Below, piece after piece: positions 45,481-55,015 of a DNA stretch of 64,000 bases (its first letter is position 1; each line of letters opens with the position of its first letter). The stretch spans positions 67,026 to 131,025 of the forward strand of contig JBBIHY010000001.1 in NCBI GenBank assembly GCA_037446695.1, in the 5' to 3' direction. The notes under the pieces were generated by a model, which was not told the origin of the DNA, did no database searches, and saw only the letters and a program-made list of their open reading frames with translations. Origin of the DNA: Bacteroidota bacterium (GTDB lineage Bacteria > Bacteroidota > Bacteroidia > Bacteroidales > PUMT01). A program made the position numbers and the translations under genes.

Positions 45481-46425
45481 TTACTTACGAACCAGGTTCA
45501 TGGCTGACAACATATTGCCATAAATTGAATTCAGTTCAGCAAGGTTTTTCGTAAGCTTGGAAATCTCGTCTCTGTACTTCTCAGTTTCATGAACCGAAGA
45601 ACTCAGGTTGGAAGTAATTTTATGGAAATCGGAATACAGTTCCTTTGCACCTTGCAGGTGTTCGTTAGTATACTGCAATTCGAGTTCATAAACGGCATTC
45701 AGGGAGGAAAGATTTTTATTCATGCCCTCAAGTTTTTCACTTAAGTGCTTGTTTCTTTCAGAAATCACCTCACCGTCCTGGTTTAAGGCGGCAGATAATG
45801 ATTCGTAGGTGGAACCAAGCTTAACTCCGGAGTTTGTAACAACCTCCGCGGTTTTGTGGTAGGAATCAGACAATATCCCAACAGAATCCTGCAGTTTTTC
45901 GTTGGTTTTGTTGTATGTGTCTGTCAGTGAATTAACTGACAGTGCAGCATTTTTCACATTTGCCACATATTCATTTGTTGCGAGTGAAGCGTCGGAAATA
46001 TCGGATAACCTGGCTGTGGTTGTGTTTAGGTTTTTAAGGCCTTCACCCAGTTTTCTGAACAAATCCGGGGTAATTTCGGCGCTTTCAATCATTTGATCGA
46101 ACTTGGCAAGAGCAGCACCGCTGCCCGAAACTACTTCACCACGCTGCCTTTTTGGTGTAATGGCAAACTCATCGGTATCTTCATGCATACCGGCAAGTTC
46201 AGGGTATACAAGCGTCCAGTCGAGTTCTTCATGAAGTGGCTCGAATGCCGAAAAGAAGAAGATGACAGCTTCGGTAAGCAATCCGATTGTCAACATAAGT
46301 CCGGCGAATGGCCAGTGCTGAATTTTAAAAAGCGCTCCGGTGATTACAATTGAAGCACCTATACCATACATTTTGGCCATTAGGTTTTTCCATCCGGCAC
46401 TTTGAACGATTTCGCTGAGGTTCAT
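45481..46425 (-). CDS. gldL: Gliding motility / T9SS protein GldL (PorL)
   Basis: AKMYGIGASIVITGALFKIQHWPFAG... provides the two N-terminal TM helices with conserved motifs. A coiled-coil C-terminus follows. Confidence 0.9.
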   Translation of the reverse strand: MNLSEIVQSAGWKNLMAKMYGIGASIVITGALFKIQHWPFAGLMLTIGLLTEAVIFFFSAFEPLHEELDWTLVYPELAGMHEDTDEFAITPKRQRGEVVSGSGAALAKFDQMIESAEITPDLFRKLGEGLKNLNTTTARLSDISDASLATNEYVANVKNAALSVNSLTDTYNKTNEKLQDSVGILSDSYHKTAEVVTNSGVKLGSTYESLSAALNQDGEVISERNKHLSEKLEGMNKNLSSLNAVYELELQYTNEHLQGAKELYSDFHKITSNLSSSVHETEKYRDEISKLTKNLAELNSIYGNMLSAMNLVRK

Positions 46426-46461
46426 AGTATTGGTTTTTGGTTAATTACTTTTATTTAATTA

Positions 46462-47796
46462 TTACATTCCACCGAGGTATGAACGAACATTACGGAAACC
46501 AACATAGGATTTGGCAGTGTCCTGGTATTCGTAGGCACGGGAACTTACCTGCAGGTAGTAAGCAATATCTTTCCATGATCCACCCCTGGTAACCTTTCTT
46601 TTTAGTACCGGAGGATCATCTGGCAAGGCATTATATTTATAATTGGGATTCATATCATGTGAGAAAGTGTAAAACGACTCATCGTAAGAGTTTTCAGTCC
46701 ATTCTGCAACGTTACCGGACATATCGTAAAGCCCGAAATCATTAGGTTCATAGGATCCAACAGGGGAAGTGTAAAGGAAGCCATCATCGGTATAGTTACC
46801 ACGCATTGGCTTGAAGTTTGCCAGGAAGCAGCCCTGCTTGTTTCTTGTATAGGGGCCTCCCCAGGGATACATGGACAAGGGGATGCCTCCACGTGCGGCA
46901 TATTCCCATTCTGACTCCAGAGGCAGCCTGTACTTTTGAACATATCCAAGATTTTTGCCGGCAAGATATGAATTCAGGAATTGTGTCCGCCAAATGCTGA
47001 AAGCATTTGCCTGTTTCCAGCTTACACCTACTACAGGGTAATTATCAAAGGCCACATGATAGAAATATGCATCTGCCATTGGTTCATTGTAGGAATAAGT
47101 AAAGTCGGCAATCCAACACAGGGTATCAGGATATACATTTACATTATCTCTTAATACAAAGGATGAACGGTCGACAATAGGCCTGGCCTGTCCTTCTAAA
47201 TTGTATACAGTACCTTCGTATTGCCTGGTTTTAAAGTTGTACCTGTTCGATGCACGTGCAGCCTGCTCATAGTCAATCCAGAAATATTCATAATTGAGTT
47301 TTCTGGTATCAATCTCTTTGCGGCCAAAAAATCTTTCATTGGGCGGATAATACATTTCCTCAATGGCTTCATGGACTTGTTCATCCTGGGGATTGATTTT
47401 GGTATTCCAGTTGATCCTTGGTTCGTCTAGGGGATTTCCAAAATCATCCTCTTCGATGGCAAATCCCTCAATACCATTTTCAATAAGCATTTTCCGCATA
47501 ATGGAGTCGCGTACCCAGTATACAAACTGACGGTATTCATTGTTCGTGATTTCAGTTTCATCCATCCAGAAAGCGTCTACTGAAATGGTCCGGGTGAAGG
47601 CATTCCTGGAAAAGAATGCATCCTGGTCGCTTGGACCCATAATAAAGCTTCCCTGGGGAATAAAAAGCATGCCGTATGGATCAGGTTCAAACCATTTTTT
47701 TCGTCCCTGAACTCCAACAAGCTCACCGTTTGGTACTCTGCCGCAACTACTCAAGATAATTGTTGCAATGGTGACTAAAACAAGTAATCGTTTCAT
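46462..47796 (-). CDS. gldK: Gliding motility / T9SS lipoprotein GldK (PorK), SUMF1/FGE-fold
   Basis: It has a lipobox (IILSSC-G). FGE-sulfatase-fold motifs are present (...YRLPLESEWEYAARGG..., ...GLYDMSGNVAEW..., ...RGGSW...). Confidence 0.9.
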   Translation of the reverse strand: MKRLLVLVTIATIILSSCGRVPNGELVGVQGRKKWFEPDPYGMLFIPQGSFIMGPSDQDAFFSRNAFTRTISVDAFWMDETEITNNEYRQFVYWVRDSIMRKMLIENGIEGFAIEEDDFGNPLDEPRINWNTKINPQDEQVHEAIEEMYYPPNERFFGRKEIDTRKLNYEYFWIDYEQAARASNRYNFKTRQYEGTVYNLEGQARPIVDRSSFVLRDNVNVYPDTLCWIADFTYSYNEPMADAYFYHVAFDNYPVVGVSWKQANAFSIWRTQFLNSYLAGKNLGYVQKYRLPLESEWEYAARGGIPLSMYPWGGPYTRNKQGCFLANFKPMRGNYTDDGFLYTSPVGSYEPNDFGLYDMSGNVAEWTENSYDESFYTFSHDMNPNYKYNALPDDPPVLKRKVTRGGSWKDIAYYLQVSSRAYEYQDTAKSYVGFRNVRSYLGGM

Positions 47797-47869
47797 AGTG
47801 TACGTGGTATTAAGTATAAGGCAAATTTCAAATATTTTTTATTATGTGCAAATTGTAACGTAAAAAAAC

Positions 47870-48814
47870 TTATAATATTCTGATACTGCGATATTTCTTT
47901 GGGGATCGGTCTACACTTAAACTAAAACAATAATTCACAACAAATTCATGTGAGCCTTTACTGTATCTCTGTATAGGAGTCGTGGCAAAGTCGTAGGAGT
48001 AACCTACTCTGATACCACTGAAAATTTCAAACCCGGCCATTCCAATGATGGCTGATCCCACCCTGTAGGACAATCCCGCCCAGTACTTTTTATTGTAAAC
48101 AAACATCCCCGACAAATCCAATTGTGTCATTACCCCATCACTTTGAATGAATACTCCGGGTTGAAATTCGAATGCAGGGTTTTTCATTTCAAGGTTGTAA
48201 CCGGCCATAACATAATAGAATCTTGAAAAGAATGGATTCGCTGTTGCAGTGAAATCAATTTCTGGCTCCAGCAAATGGGTGGATGAAATACCCACATACA
48301 GATTTTCAGCGGAATAAAACACACCAAATCCCATGTCAAAGGTCAGTGCACTATTGTCTCCTGATGGAATGGACGGATCGGAGCCGGGAGGAGTATGAAA
48401 ATCAGTGGAGGGTATGCTCCAGGTCGCCTTAAGAGAGCTGTTGATTAAACCACCGTAAAGCCCTATGCCCAGAGTACCTGCCCCAATAGATGTTCTGTAG
48501 GCATAGGCGAGGTTAATACCCAGGTTGGTTTCAAAACCAATCTGGTCATTAAATACAAACATGCCAATGCCGTGATTTTTCCCGAAAAGCCTGAATGGCG
48601 AACTAATGCTGAATGCAGAAGTAACTGGTGCACCTTCGAAACCAACCCACTGCTGCCTGTTAACAGCTGTAACACAAATCACATCATCACTTCCTGCTGA
48701 GCCGGGATTAATCATTACCTTATTAAACATATTTTGACTAAACTTTGGGTCCTGCTGGGAAAACAAAGGCAATACCAGAACAATTGAAAGGATGAAAGCA
48801 ATAAATATTCTCAT
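47870..48814 (-). CDS. porP: PorP/SprF-family type IX secretion system membrane protein (core-cluster copy)
   Basis: It has a signal peptide followed by QQDPKFSQNMFNKVMINPGSAG. It lies immediately upstream of gldK on the same strand, matching the porP-porKLMN arrangement. Confidence 0.85.
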   Translation of the reverse strand: MRIFIAFILSIVLVLPLFSQQDPKFSQNMFNKVMINPGSAGSDDVICVTAVNRQQWVGFEGAPVTSAFSISSPFRLFGKNHGIGMFVFNDQIGFETNLGINLAYAYRTSIGAGTLGIGLYGGLINSSLKATWSIPSTDFHTPPGSDPSIPSGDNSALTFDMGFGVFYSAENLYVGISSTHLLEPEIDFTATANPFFSRFYYVMAGYNLEMKNPAFEFQPGVFIQSDGVMTQLDLSGMFVYNKKYWAGLSYRVGSAIIGMAGFEIFSGIRVGYSYDFATTPIQRYSKGSHEFVVNYCFSLSVDRSPKKYRSIRIL

Positions 48815-49034
48815 ATTTTCCGGTTCCCTGTGCAGTTCTCAATAATTTAGTTCGTAAAAAGTAAAGTAAATAAAAAAATATATCTCAAACAAATAATCTC
48901 TAAAGATAGAAATACGCGGGTACTTATACTGAAAAAACCCGGCGAAAGTTACCTATTCTTTTATCAAAGTGATTTACTTTTTTACCAAAGAATTAAAAAG
49001 TGTGATAAACAGACACAATTGGCTGGTAATGCAA

Positions 49035-50192
49035 TCAGTTGATTTTTTGATATGTTCGCCACCAGCGATCAGGAAGTTCCTGGCCCGATGCTTTTTGATA
49101 ATCTTCATATGTACAGGCTATAAGCACACTGCTGTTGTATTTCGTAGAGGGAACTTCAATCCACCAGCGACTTGTTTCCTGGCTTTTATAAAACACCAGG
49201 TCTTCTCCTTTGCCCTCCAGGGTTACAATGTACTTGGTGAATTTCTTGGGATTGTTAAGCGGATATTCCTTTCTCCTCTGGCTGAAGCCTTCAAAAAAGT
49301 ACCAGATAATTTCTGCTGAGAGACCGATAGTCTGATCCTGAAAATCAAAACCGGGATTGATTTCAAATAAACCAAAACAGGATAGTTTGTCACTAATACC
49401 CGCATACCTTGACAACTGACAAGCCTCTTCGCTGTAAAATCCATTGGGCGAGGGATAATTAGATCCCGGAGCATCCGCTTGTTTCAAAGATGAAATATCA
49501 AATATTAACAAATCAGTATCACGCAATACCGGTTCGGAATCACGCAGGTTATTTCTGACTGTTCCCAGGCGGTATGCATCAAAATTCATTTTTTCAATCA
49601 GGTCAAGTTCCTGCCTGGTAACCATACAGGATTGGTAGCCCAGGCTGGTGTAATTAAAAAAATGGTCTCCCTTAAAATTCAGAATCTTATTGATACAGGT
49701 TTCCTCGGGTTTAAATTCTTCGTGAAGGCTTACCAAGTCAATTCTGGGACTAATGGCAGTAACCGAAACATTCTTTTTTGTAAACTCATAGGCAAGGTAA
49801 GCGGCATATGCATTCTGACTGCTGCCACCAAGAATCACAGGAATTTTGTTTTCTTTTAAGAGGAAGGCAATTACATCCCTAAGGCCAATAAAAGTATCAT
49901 CCAGCGTTTTCCCGTTTAAAAAATTTCCAAGATCAGCTATCTTTTTTTTACCTCCAGGGGAAGAAAGGGTATAAAGTTTTTTTCTAATCAAATCAGGAAT
50001 ATTTTCAACTCCTTTATGGCGGCTGTTTCTGTTTTCAGTTATTCCAATGATTACAGCATCATACCCTGAGAGATCTTCAATTTGTTTTTCTGTTGTGCTG
50101 AACTGAATATGTTCCAGAAAACTTCCTGATTTTTCTTTTCCCCTGAATATTCCTGAAAAGGTTGTTGGTTCAAAATACCCCTGTAACTCCAT
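49035..50192 (-). CDS. Arginase/ureohydrolase-fold protein with degenerate metal-binding signatures
   Basis: The scaffold of the third ureohydrolase signature is preserved (IFDISSLKQADAPGS versus [ST]-x-D-x-D-x3-[PAQ]-x3-P-[GSA]), but the second Asp is Ser. The GG.H motif reads GGSSQ, and no D[AS]H.D motif was found. Confidence 0.6.
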   Translation of the reverse strand: MELQGYFEPTTFSGIFRGKEKSGSFLEHIQFSTTEKQIEDLSGYDAVIIGITENRNSRHKGVENIPDLIRKKLYTLSSPGGKKKIADLGNFLNGKTLDDTFIGLRDVIAFLLKENKIPVILGGSSQNAYAAYLAYEFTKKNVSVTAISPRIDLVSLHEEFKPEETCINKILNFKGDHFFNYTSLGYQSCMVTRQELDLIEKMNFDAYRLGTVRNNLRDSEPVLRDTDLLIFDISSLKQADAPGSNYPSPNGFYSEEACQLSRYAGISDKLSCFGLFEINPGFDFQDQTIGLSAEIIWYFFEGFSQRRKEYPLNNPKKFTKYIVTLEGKGEDLVFYKSQETSRWWIEVPSTKYNSSVLIACTYEDYQKASGQELPDRWWRTYQKIN

Positions 50193-50201
50193 AGTAAGGA
50201 T

Positions 50202-52538
50202 TTAGGTTTTCTTTTTTCTGACTGGTTTTTTCTTTCCTGGATTATTTTCCGAGGCTTTGATGATGTCAAGGCAATCATCCAGGGAAAGCTCTCCGGCCAC
50301 TTTACTTTTTGGAATCTTGTAATTTTTATCCTGAAAACTGATGTAGGGGCCCCATCTGCCATTCAAAACCTGTAATCCAGGTTTTTCAGGATACTGCCTG
50401 ATTATTTTTTCCCCTGCTTTTTTCCTTTTTTCCTCAATAATTTCAACCCCCCTGTCGAAAGTTATGCTGAGAGGATCGTCAAAATCCTTTTTCAGGGAGT
50501 AAAACTGGTTTTTATGCTTGATGAAAGGGCCGAACCTTCCCTGTCCAACTACGATCTCAACCTCTTCGTATTGACCCAGTTGCCTGGGTAGTTTGAAAAG
50601 CGACAGAGCTTCTTCCAGTTGAACTGTTTCCAGCCTCCAGTTTTTTGGAAGTGGCGCAAACCTTGGCTTATTTTCATCCTCAGGATCCCCGATTTGTACC
50701 ATGGGTCCGTACCGGCCAATTTTTACATAAACCGGCTTCCCGCTGGCAGGATCAGTTCCCAGGTTTCGGGTGCCTGTAGATTTTTCGCTTTTATCAGTAG
50801 TTTCCTGCACGCGCTCCCTGAAGGGTTTGTAAAACCTGTCGAGCATCTTGGTCCAGTTCAGTTTTCCTACGGCAATTTCATCGAACTCTTTTTCAACGCT
50901 TGCAGTAAATTGGTAGTCCATGATTTCACTGAAATGCCTGATGAGGAAATCATTCACGACAATTCCTATATCGTTGGGGAATAATTTGGCTTTTTCTGCT
51001 CCGGTATTCTCATACTTGTTTTCAGAATGAATTTTCCCGTTCTCGAGTGTAAGGACTGAATATTTGCGTTTTTCTCCCGGTCTGTCCTCCTTTATTACAT
51101 ACCCTCTTTGCTGGATAGTCGAAATCGTTGGAGCATAGGTGGATGGTCTTCCAATCCCCAGTTCTTCCAGTTTTTTTACCAAACTGGCCTCGGTATACCT
51201 GGGCGGATGGCTGGTGAATCGTTCTGTCGCCTGTATATTTTTGGCTTCAAGCTTGTCCCTTACTTTTACCGGAGGTAATAAAGCCCTTCCCGAATCTTCT
51301 GATTCTTCGTCACTTGATTCAATATAAACTTTTAAGAACCCATCGAATTTTAACACTTCTCCGGTGGCTATAAAATTCTTCTCTTTGGTTGAAATGCTAA
51401 TCGATACAGTTGTTTTTTCAAGCTGTGCATCACTCATTTGAGAAGCAAGGGTCCTTTTCCAGATAAGTTCATACAATCTTTTCTCTGGCGCAGAACCCTG
51501 TATATCTTCTTTTTCCAGGTAAGTGGGCCTGATTGCTTCATGAGCTTCCTGGGCACCCTTTGATTTTGTTTTATAACGCCTTGGCGAATGATAGTCAACT
51601 CCAAATACTTTCTTAATGACATTTCCCGCAGTTTTTATTGCAGTTTCAGAAAGGTTGACTGAATCAGTTCTCATGTAAGTAATTTTTCCTGATTCGTAAA
51701 GCCTCTGTGCCACACTCATGGTTTGTGAAACTGAGAAACCGAGTTTTCTGCTGGCTTCCTGCTGCAGGGTGGAAGTGGTGAATGGTGCAGAAGGAGATTT
51801 CCTGGAAGGTTTTGTGACAACATCAATTACTTCGTATTGTGCATTCACACAACTGTTGAGGAATTTTAATGCTTTTTCTGAGGAGGAAAACTTCTCAGGA
51901 ATTTCTGCCCTGAACTCATGTGTTTGGTTTTTTGCATCCTTTGCAAGGAATATGGCAGTAACCTTAAAGGCAGAAGAAGCCTTAAAATTTGAAATTTCCC
52001 GTTCTCTTTCAACCAACAACCTGACAGCTACTGACTGAACCCTTCCAGCTGACAGGTTTGGCATCACTTTTTTCCACAAGACTGGGGATAGTTCAAAGCC
52101 TACCAGCCGATCAAGAACCCGACGGGCCTGCTGTGAATCAACGAGTTTCTGATCAATGTCCCTTGGATTTTCTATGGCTTTAAGAATTGCGTCCTTTGTG
52201 ATTTCGTGAAATACAATTCTGCGTGTTTTTTCGGCAGGTAACTCCAGCACTTCCGAAAGATGCCAGGCAATTGCCTCCCCCTCGCGGTCCTCGTCAGATG
52301 CTAACCATACAGTTTTAGCACTCTTTGATAGTTTTCTTAGTTCCTCCACAATTTTTTTCTTCTCATCGGGTATAATATATTGCGGGGAATAGTTGTTTTT
52401 TATGTCAATACCAAAGTTCTTTTTAGCCAAATCCCTGATATGCCCCATACTGGATTTTACCAGGAAACCTTTACCAAGGAAATTTTCAATTGTCTTGGCT
52501 TTTGCCGGTGATTCAACTATTACCAGGTTGTCGGACAT
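50202..52538 (-). CDS. topA: DNA topoisomerase I (type IA)
   Basis: The Toprim start (LVIVESPAKAKTI..FLG) is present. The active-site region reads ...GKITYMRTDS.... The C-terminal repeats are Lys-rich. The length is 778 aa. Confidence 0.95.
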   Translation of the reverse strand: MSDNLVIVESPAKAKTIENFLGKGFLVKSSMGHIRDLAKKNFGIDIKNNYSPQYIIPDEKKKIVEELRKLSKSAKTVWLASDEDREGEAIAWHLSEVLELPAEKTRRIVFHEITKDAILKAIENPRDIDQKLVDSQQARRVLDRLVGFELSPVLWKKVMPNLSAGRVQSVAVRLLVEREREISNFKASSAFKVTAIFLAKDAKNQTHEFRAEIPEKFSSSEKALKFLNSCVNAQYEVIDVVTKPSRKSPSAPFTTSTLQQEASRKLGFSVSQTMSVAQRLYESGKITYMRTDSVNLSETAIKTAGNVIKKVFGVDYHSPRRYKTKSKGAQEAHEAIRPTYLEKEDIQGSAPEKRLYELIWKRTLASQMSDAQLEKTTVSISISTKEKNFIATGEVLKFDGFLKVYIESSDEESEDSGRALLPPVKVRDKLEAKNIQATERFTSHPPRYTEASLVKKLEELGIGRPSTYAPTISTIQQRGYVIKEDRPGEKRKYSVLTLENGKIHSENKYENTGAEKAKLFPNDIGIVVNDFLIRHFSEIMDYQFTASVEKEFDEIAVGKLNWTKMLDRFYKPFRERVQETTDKSEKSTGTRNLGTDPASGKPVYVKIGRYGPMVQIGDPEDENKPRFAPLPKNWRLETVQLEEALSLFKLPRQLGQYEEVEIVVGQGRFGPFIKHKNQFYSLKKDFDDPLSITFDRGVEIIEEKRKKAGEKIIRQYPEKPGLQVLNGRWGPYISFQDKNYKIPKSKVAGELSLDDCLDIIKASENNPGKKKPVRKKKT

Positions 52539-52654
52539 GGAATATGAATTATAAATTCAACAAAAATAGCACAAAGTAAACCATTTATAAATTGAATGAC
52601 AAAATCGTTCCCCCAATAATAATTATTAATTTTGGCCAAAGTTTATAAAACCAA

Positions 52655-55015
52655 ATGAAGAAAGAAAGAGATTATTTAAAACTTTATCTCCGTATTTTTT
52701 GGGGAGTATTCCTGTTTCCAATAGTTTTGGTTACACTGCTATTTATACTTATTGGAACCGGAAAGATGGGCTTCATGCCCACTTTTGAGGATTTGGAAAA
52801 TCCGGAAAACAATCTGGCTTCTCAGGTTATTTCAAGCGACGGAGAGCTTTTAGGAACCTATTTTCTGCAAAACAGAACTTTTATAGATTTCAACGAGGTT
52901 TCTCCTAACATGATTAATGCACTTATAGCCACAGAGGACATTCGTTTTCACAGGCATGCAGGCATTGATGCCAGAGGATTGGGCAGGGTTATATTTAAAA
53001 CAATTCTACTGCAGCAATCCGGTGCAGGCGGAGGAAGCACTATTACCCAGCAACTTGCAAAGAATCTTTTTCCGAGGGATACCATTATTTACCGTTTTGG
53101 CTTTTCCAGAAAGCTTAACCTTGTAGTAAACAAATTCAAGGAATGGGTTACAGCAGTGAAGCTGGAAAAAAACTATACAAAGGATGAGATCCTTGTAATG
53201 TATTTGAATACAGTGGATTTTGGACATCAGTCCTTTGGTATAAAAACTGCCTCAAAAACTTTTTTCAATACAACTCCTGACAGTTTAACAGTTGAACAGT
53301 CAGCACTGCTCGTTGGTGTTCTGAAGGCTCCAACCTGGTTCAGTCCGGTTAGGAATCCTGAAAGGTCTATTGTAAGACGGAATGTGGTTTTATCCCAGAT
53401 GAGGAAATATGATTTTCTCAGTCAGGCTGAGTATGATTCGCTCAGCAGACTTCCCATTGAACTCGATTTCCTGCCGCAGGATCACAATATTGGTCTTGCT
53501 ACCCATTTCCGTGAGACCCTCAGGGTAATGATGACAGCGAGGGAACCTGAAAGAAGGAACTATTTCAGTTACGAACGATTTTTTGAGGATTCCATAGAAT
53601 GGCATAATAATCCTTTGTTTGGCTGGTGCAACAGAAACTTTAAACCTGATGGAAGCACATACAACATTTACAGGGATGGGTTAAAAATATATACCACCAT
53701 ACACTCAAAGCATCAAAAATATGCCGAAGAAGCCATGGCAGAACATCTCGGCAATGATTTACAAAAGGCTTTCTGGAATGATATTAGGAGACTGAGAAAA
53801 CCACCTTATTCCAACGATTTAACCGCCGAGCAGGTTTCCAGAAGTCTTGATTTTAGCATGAGACAGTCTGACAGGTATCGCTTCCTACGCAGTGCAGGAG
53901 TTTCACATGACTCTATTGTAAGGGTTTTTAACAAACCAACACAAATGCGGGTTTTTTCCTGGAAGGGAGACAGGGATACTGTTCTCACCCCCATGGACTC
54001 AATCAGGTATTATAAATCGTATTTGCGATCAGGTTTTATGGCCATTCGCCCTGATAACGGGCATGTGACTGCTTATGTTGGAGGGCCAGATATTCGTTAT
54101 TTCAAATACGATCACGTAAGATTGGGTAGAAGGCAGCCAGGATCAACGATAAAACCATTTTTGTATACACTGGCAATGCAGGAGGGTTATAAACCCTGTG
54201 ATTTGGTTGCCAATGTTCAGCAATCATTTATCGTAAATGATTCAGTTTGGACACCAAAAAACAGTGGAAGGAGTGAGTTTGACGGGAAAATGGTTACTTT
54301 GAAGTGGGGTCTTGCGCATTCAGTGAACAACATTTCGGCCTGGTTGATAAAAAGGTTTAATCCGCAATCGGTTATTGAAGTCATGAGGAAAATGGGTATC
54401 AGAAGCAGAATAGACGCAGTTCCCTCCATATTTTTGGGTACTTCTGACATGTCGCTATCAGAAATGGTGGCTGCCTATAATACATATGCGAACAAGGGGG
54501 TTTACAGTGTTCCGATGTTTGTTACCCGCATTGAGGATATTAACGGAAATATACTCGCTGAGTTCAAACCTAATCTGGATGAGGCGATAAGTGAGGAAAC
54601 TGCCTATCTGATGATAAACCTTTTGCAGGGTGCAGTGAATGAGGGTACAGGTCAAAGGTTAAGATTCAGGTACGAAATTAAGGGGCAGGTAGGAGGGAAG
54701 ACCGGAACCACGCAGAACCATGCTGACGGCTGGTTCATTGGTGTGGCACCAAATCTGGTAGCAGGTGTATGGACAGGAGGCGAGGACAGGGGTATCAGGT
54801 TTGAATCCCTTAGTCTCGGTCAGGGTGCTAACATGGCATTGCCAATTTATGGTCTTTTTATGAACAGGATTTATGCCGATAAGAGTCTTGGCATATCCAT
54901 GGATGATGTTTTTGAAAAACCCAGCCGGATTACCTTTAACCTGGATTGTGAAATGGAAACCATGGAGGAAAGAAGAAGAAGATACGATGAAATGGAAATA
55001 CTGGAGGGGGGTTAA
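52655..55015 (+). CDS. Class A penicillin-binding protein (PBP1A-type transglycosylase/transpeptidase)
   Basis: GT51 motifs are present (ATEDIRFHRHAGID, GGSTITQQLAKN). Transpeptidase motifs STIKP, HSVN and KTGTT are also present. Confidence 0.93.
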   Translation: MKKERDYLKLYLRIFWGVFLFPIVLVTLLFILIGTGKMGFMPTFEDLENPENNLASQVISSDGELLGTYFLQNRTFIDFNEVSPNMINALIATEDIRFHRHAGIDARGLGRVIFKTILLQQSGAGGGSTITQQLAKNLFPRDTIIYRFGFSRKLNLVVNKFKEWVTAVKLEKNYTKDEILVMYLNTVDFGHQSFGIKTASKTFFNTTPDSLTVEQSALLVGVLKAPTWFSPVRNPERSIVRRNVVLSQMRKYDFLSQAEYDSLSRLPIELDFLPQDHNIGLATHFRETLRVMMTAREPERRNYFSYERFFEDSIEWHNNPLFGWCNRNFKPDGSTYNIYRDGLKIYTTIHSKHQKYAEEAMAEHLGNDLQKAFWNDIRRLRKPPYSNDLTAEQVSRSLDFSMRQSDRYRFLRSAGVSHDSIVRVFNKPTQMRVFSWKGDRDTVLTPMDSIRYYKSYLRSGFMAIRPDNGHVTAYVGGPDIRYFKYDHVRLGRRQPGSTIKPFLYTLAMQEGYKPCDLVANVQQSFIVNDSVWTPKNSGRSEFDGKMVTLKWGLAHSVNNISAWLIKRFNPQSVIEVMRKMGIRSRIDAVPSIFLGTSDMSLSEMVAAYNTYANKGVYSVPMFVTRIEDINGNILAEFKPNLDEAISEETAYLMINLLQGAVNEGTGQRLRFRYEIKGQVGGKTGTTQNHADGWFIGVAPNLVAGVWTGGEDRGIRFESLSLGQGANMALPIYGLFMNRIYADKSLGISMDDVFEKPSRITFNLDCEMETMEERRRRYDEMEILEGG

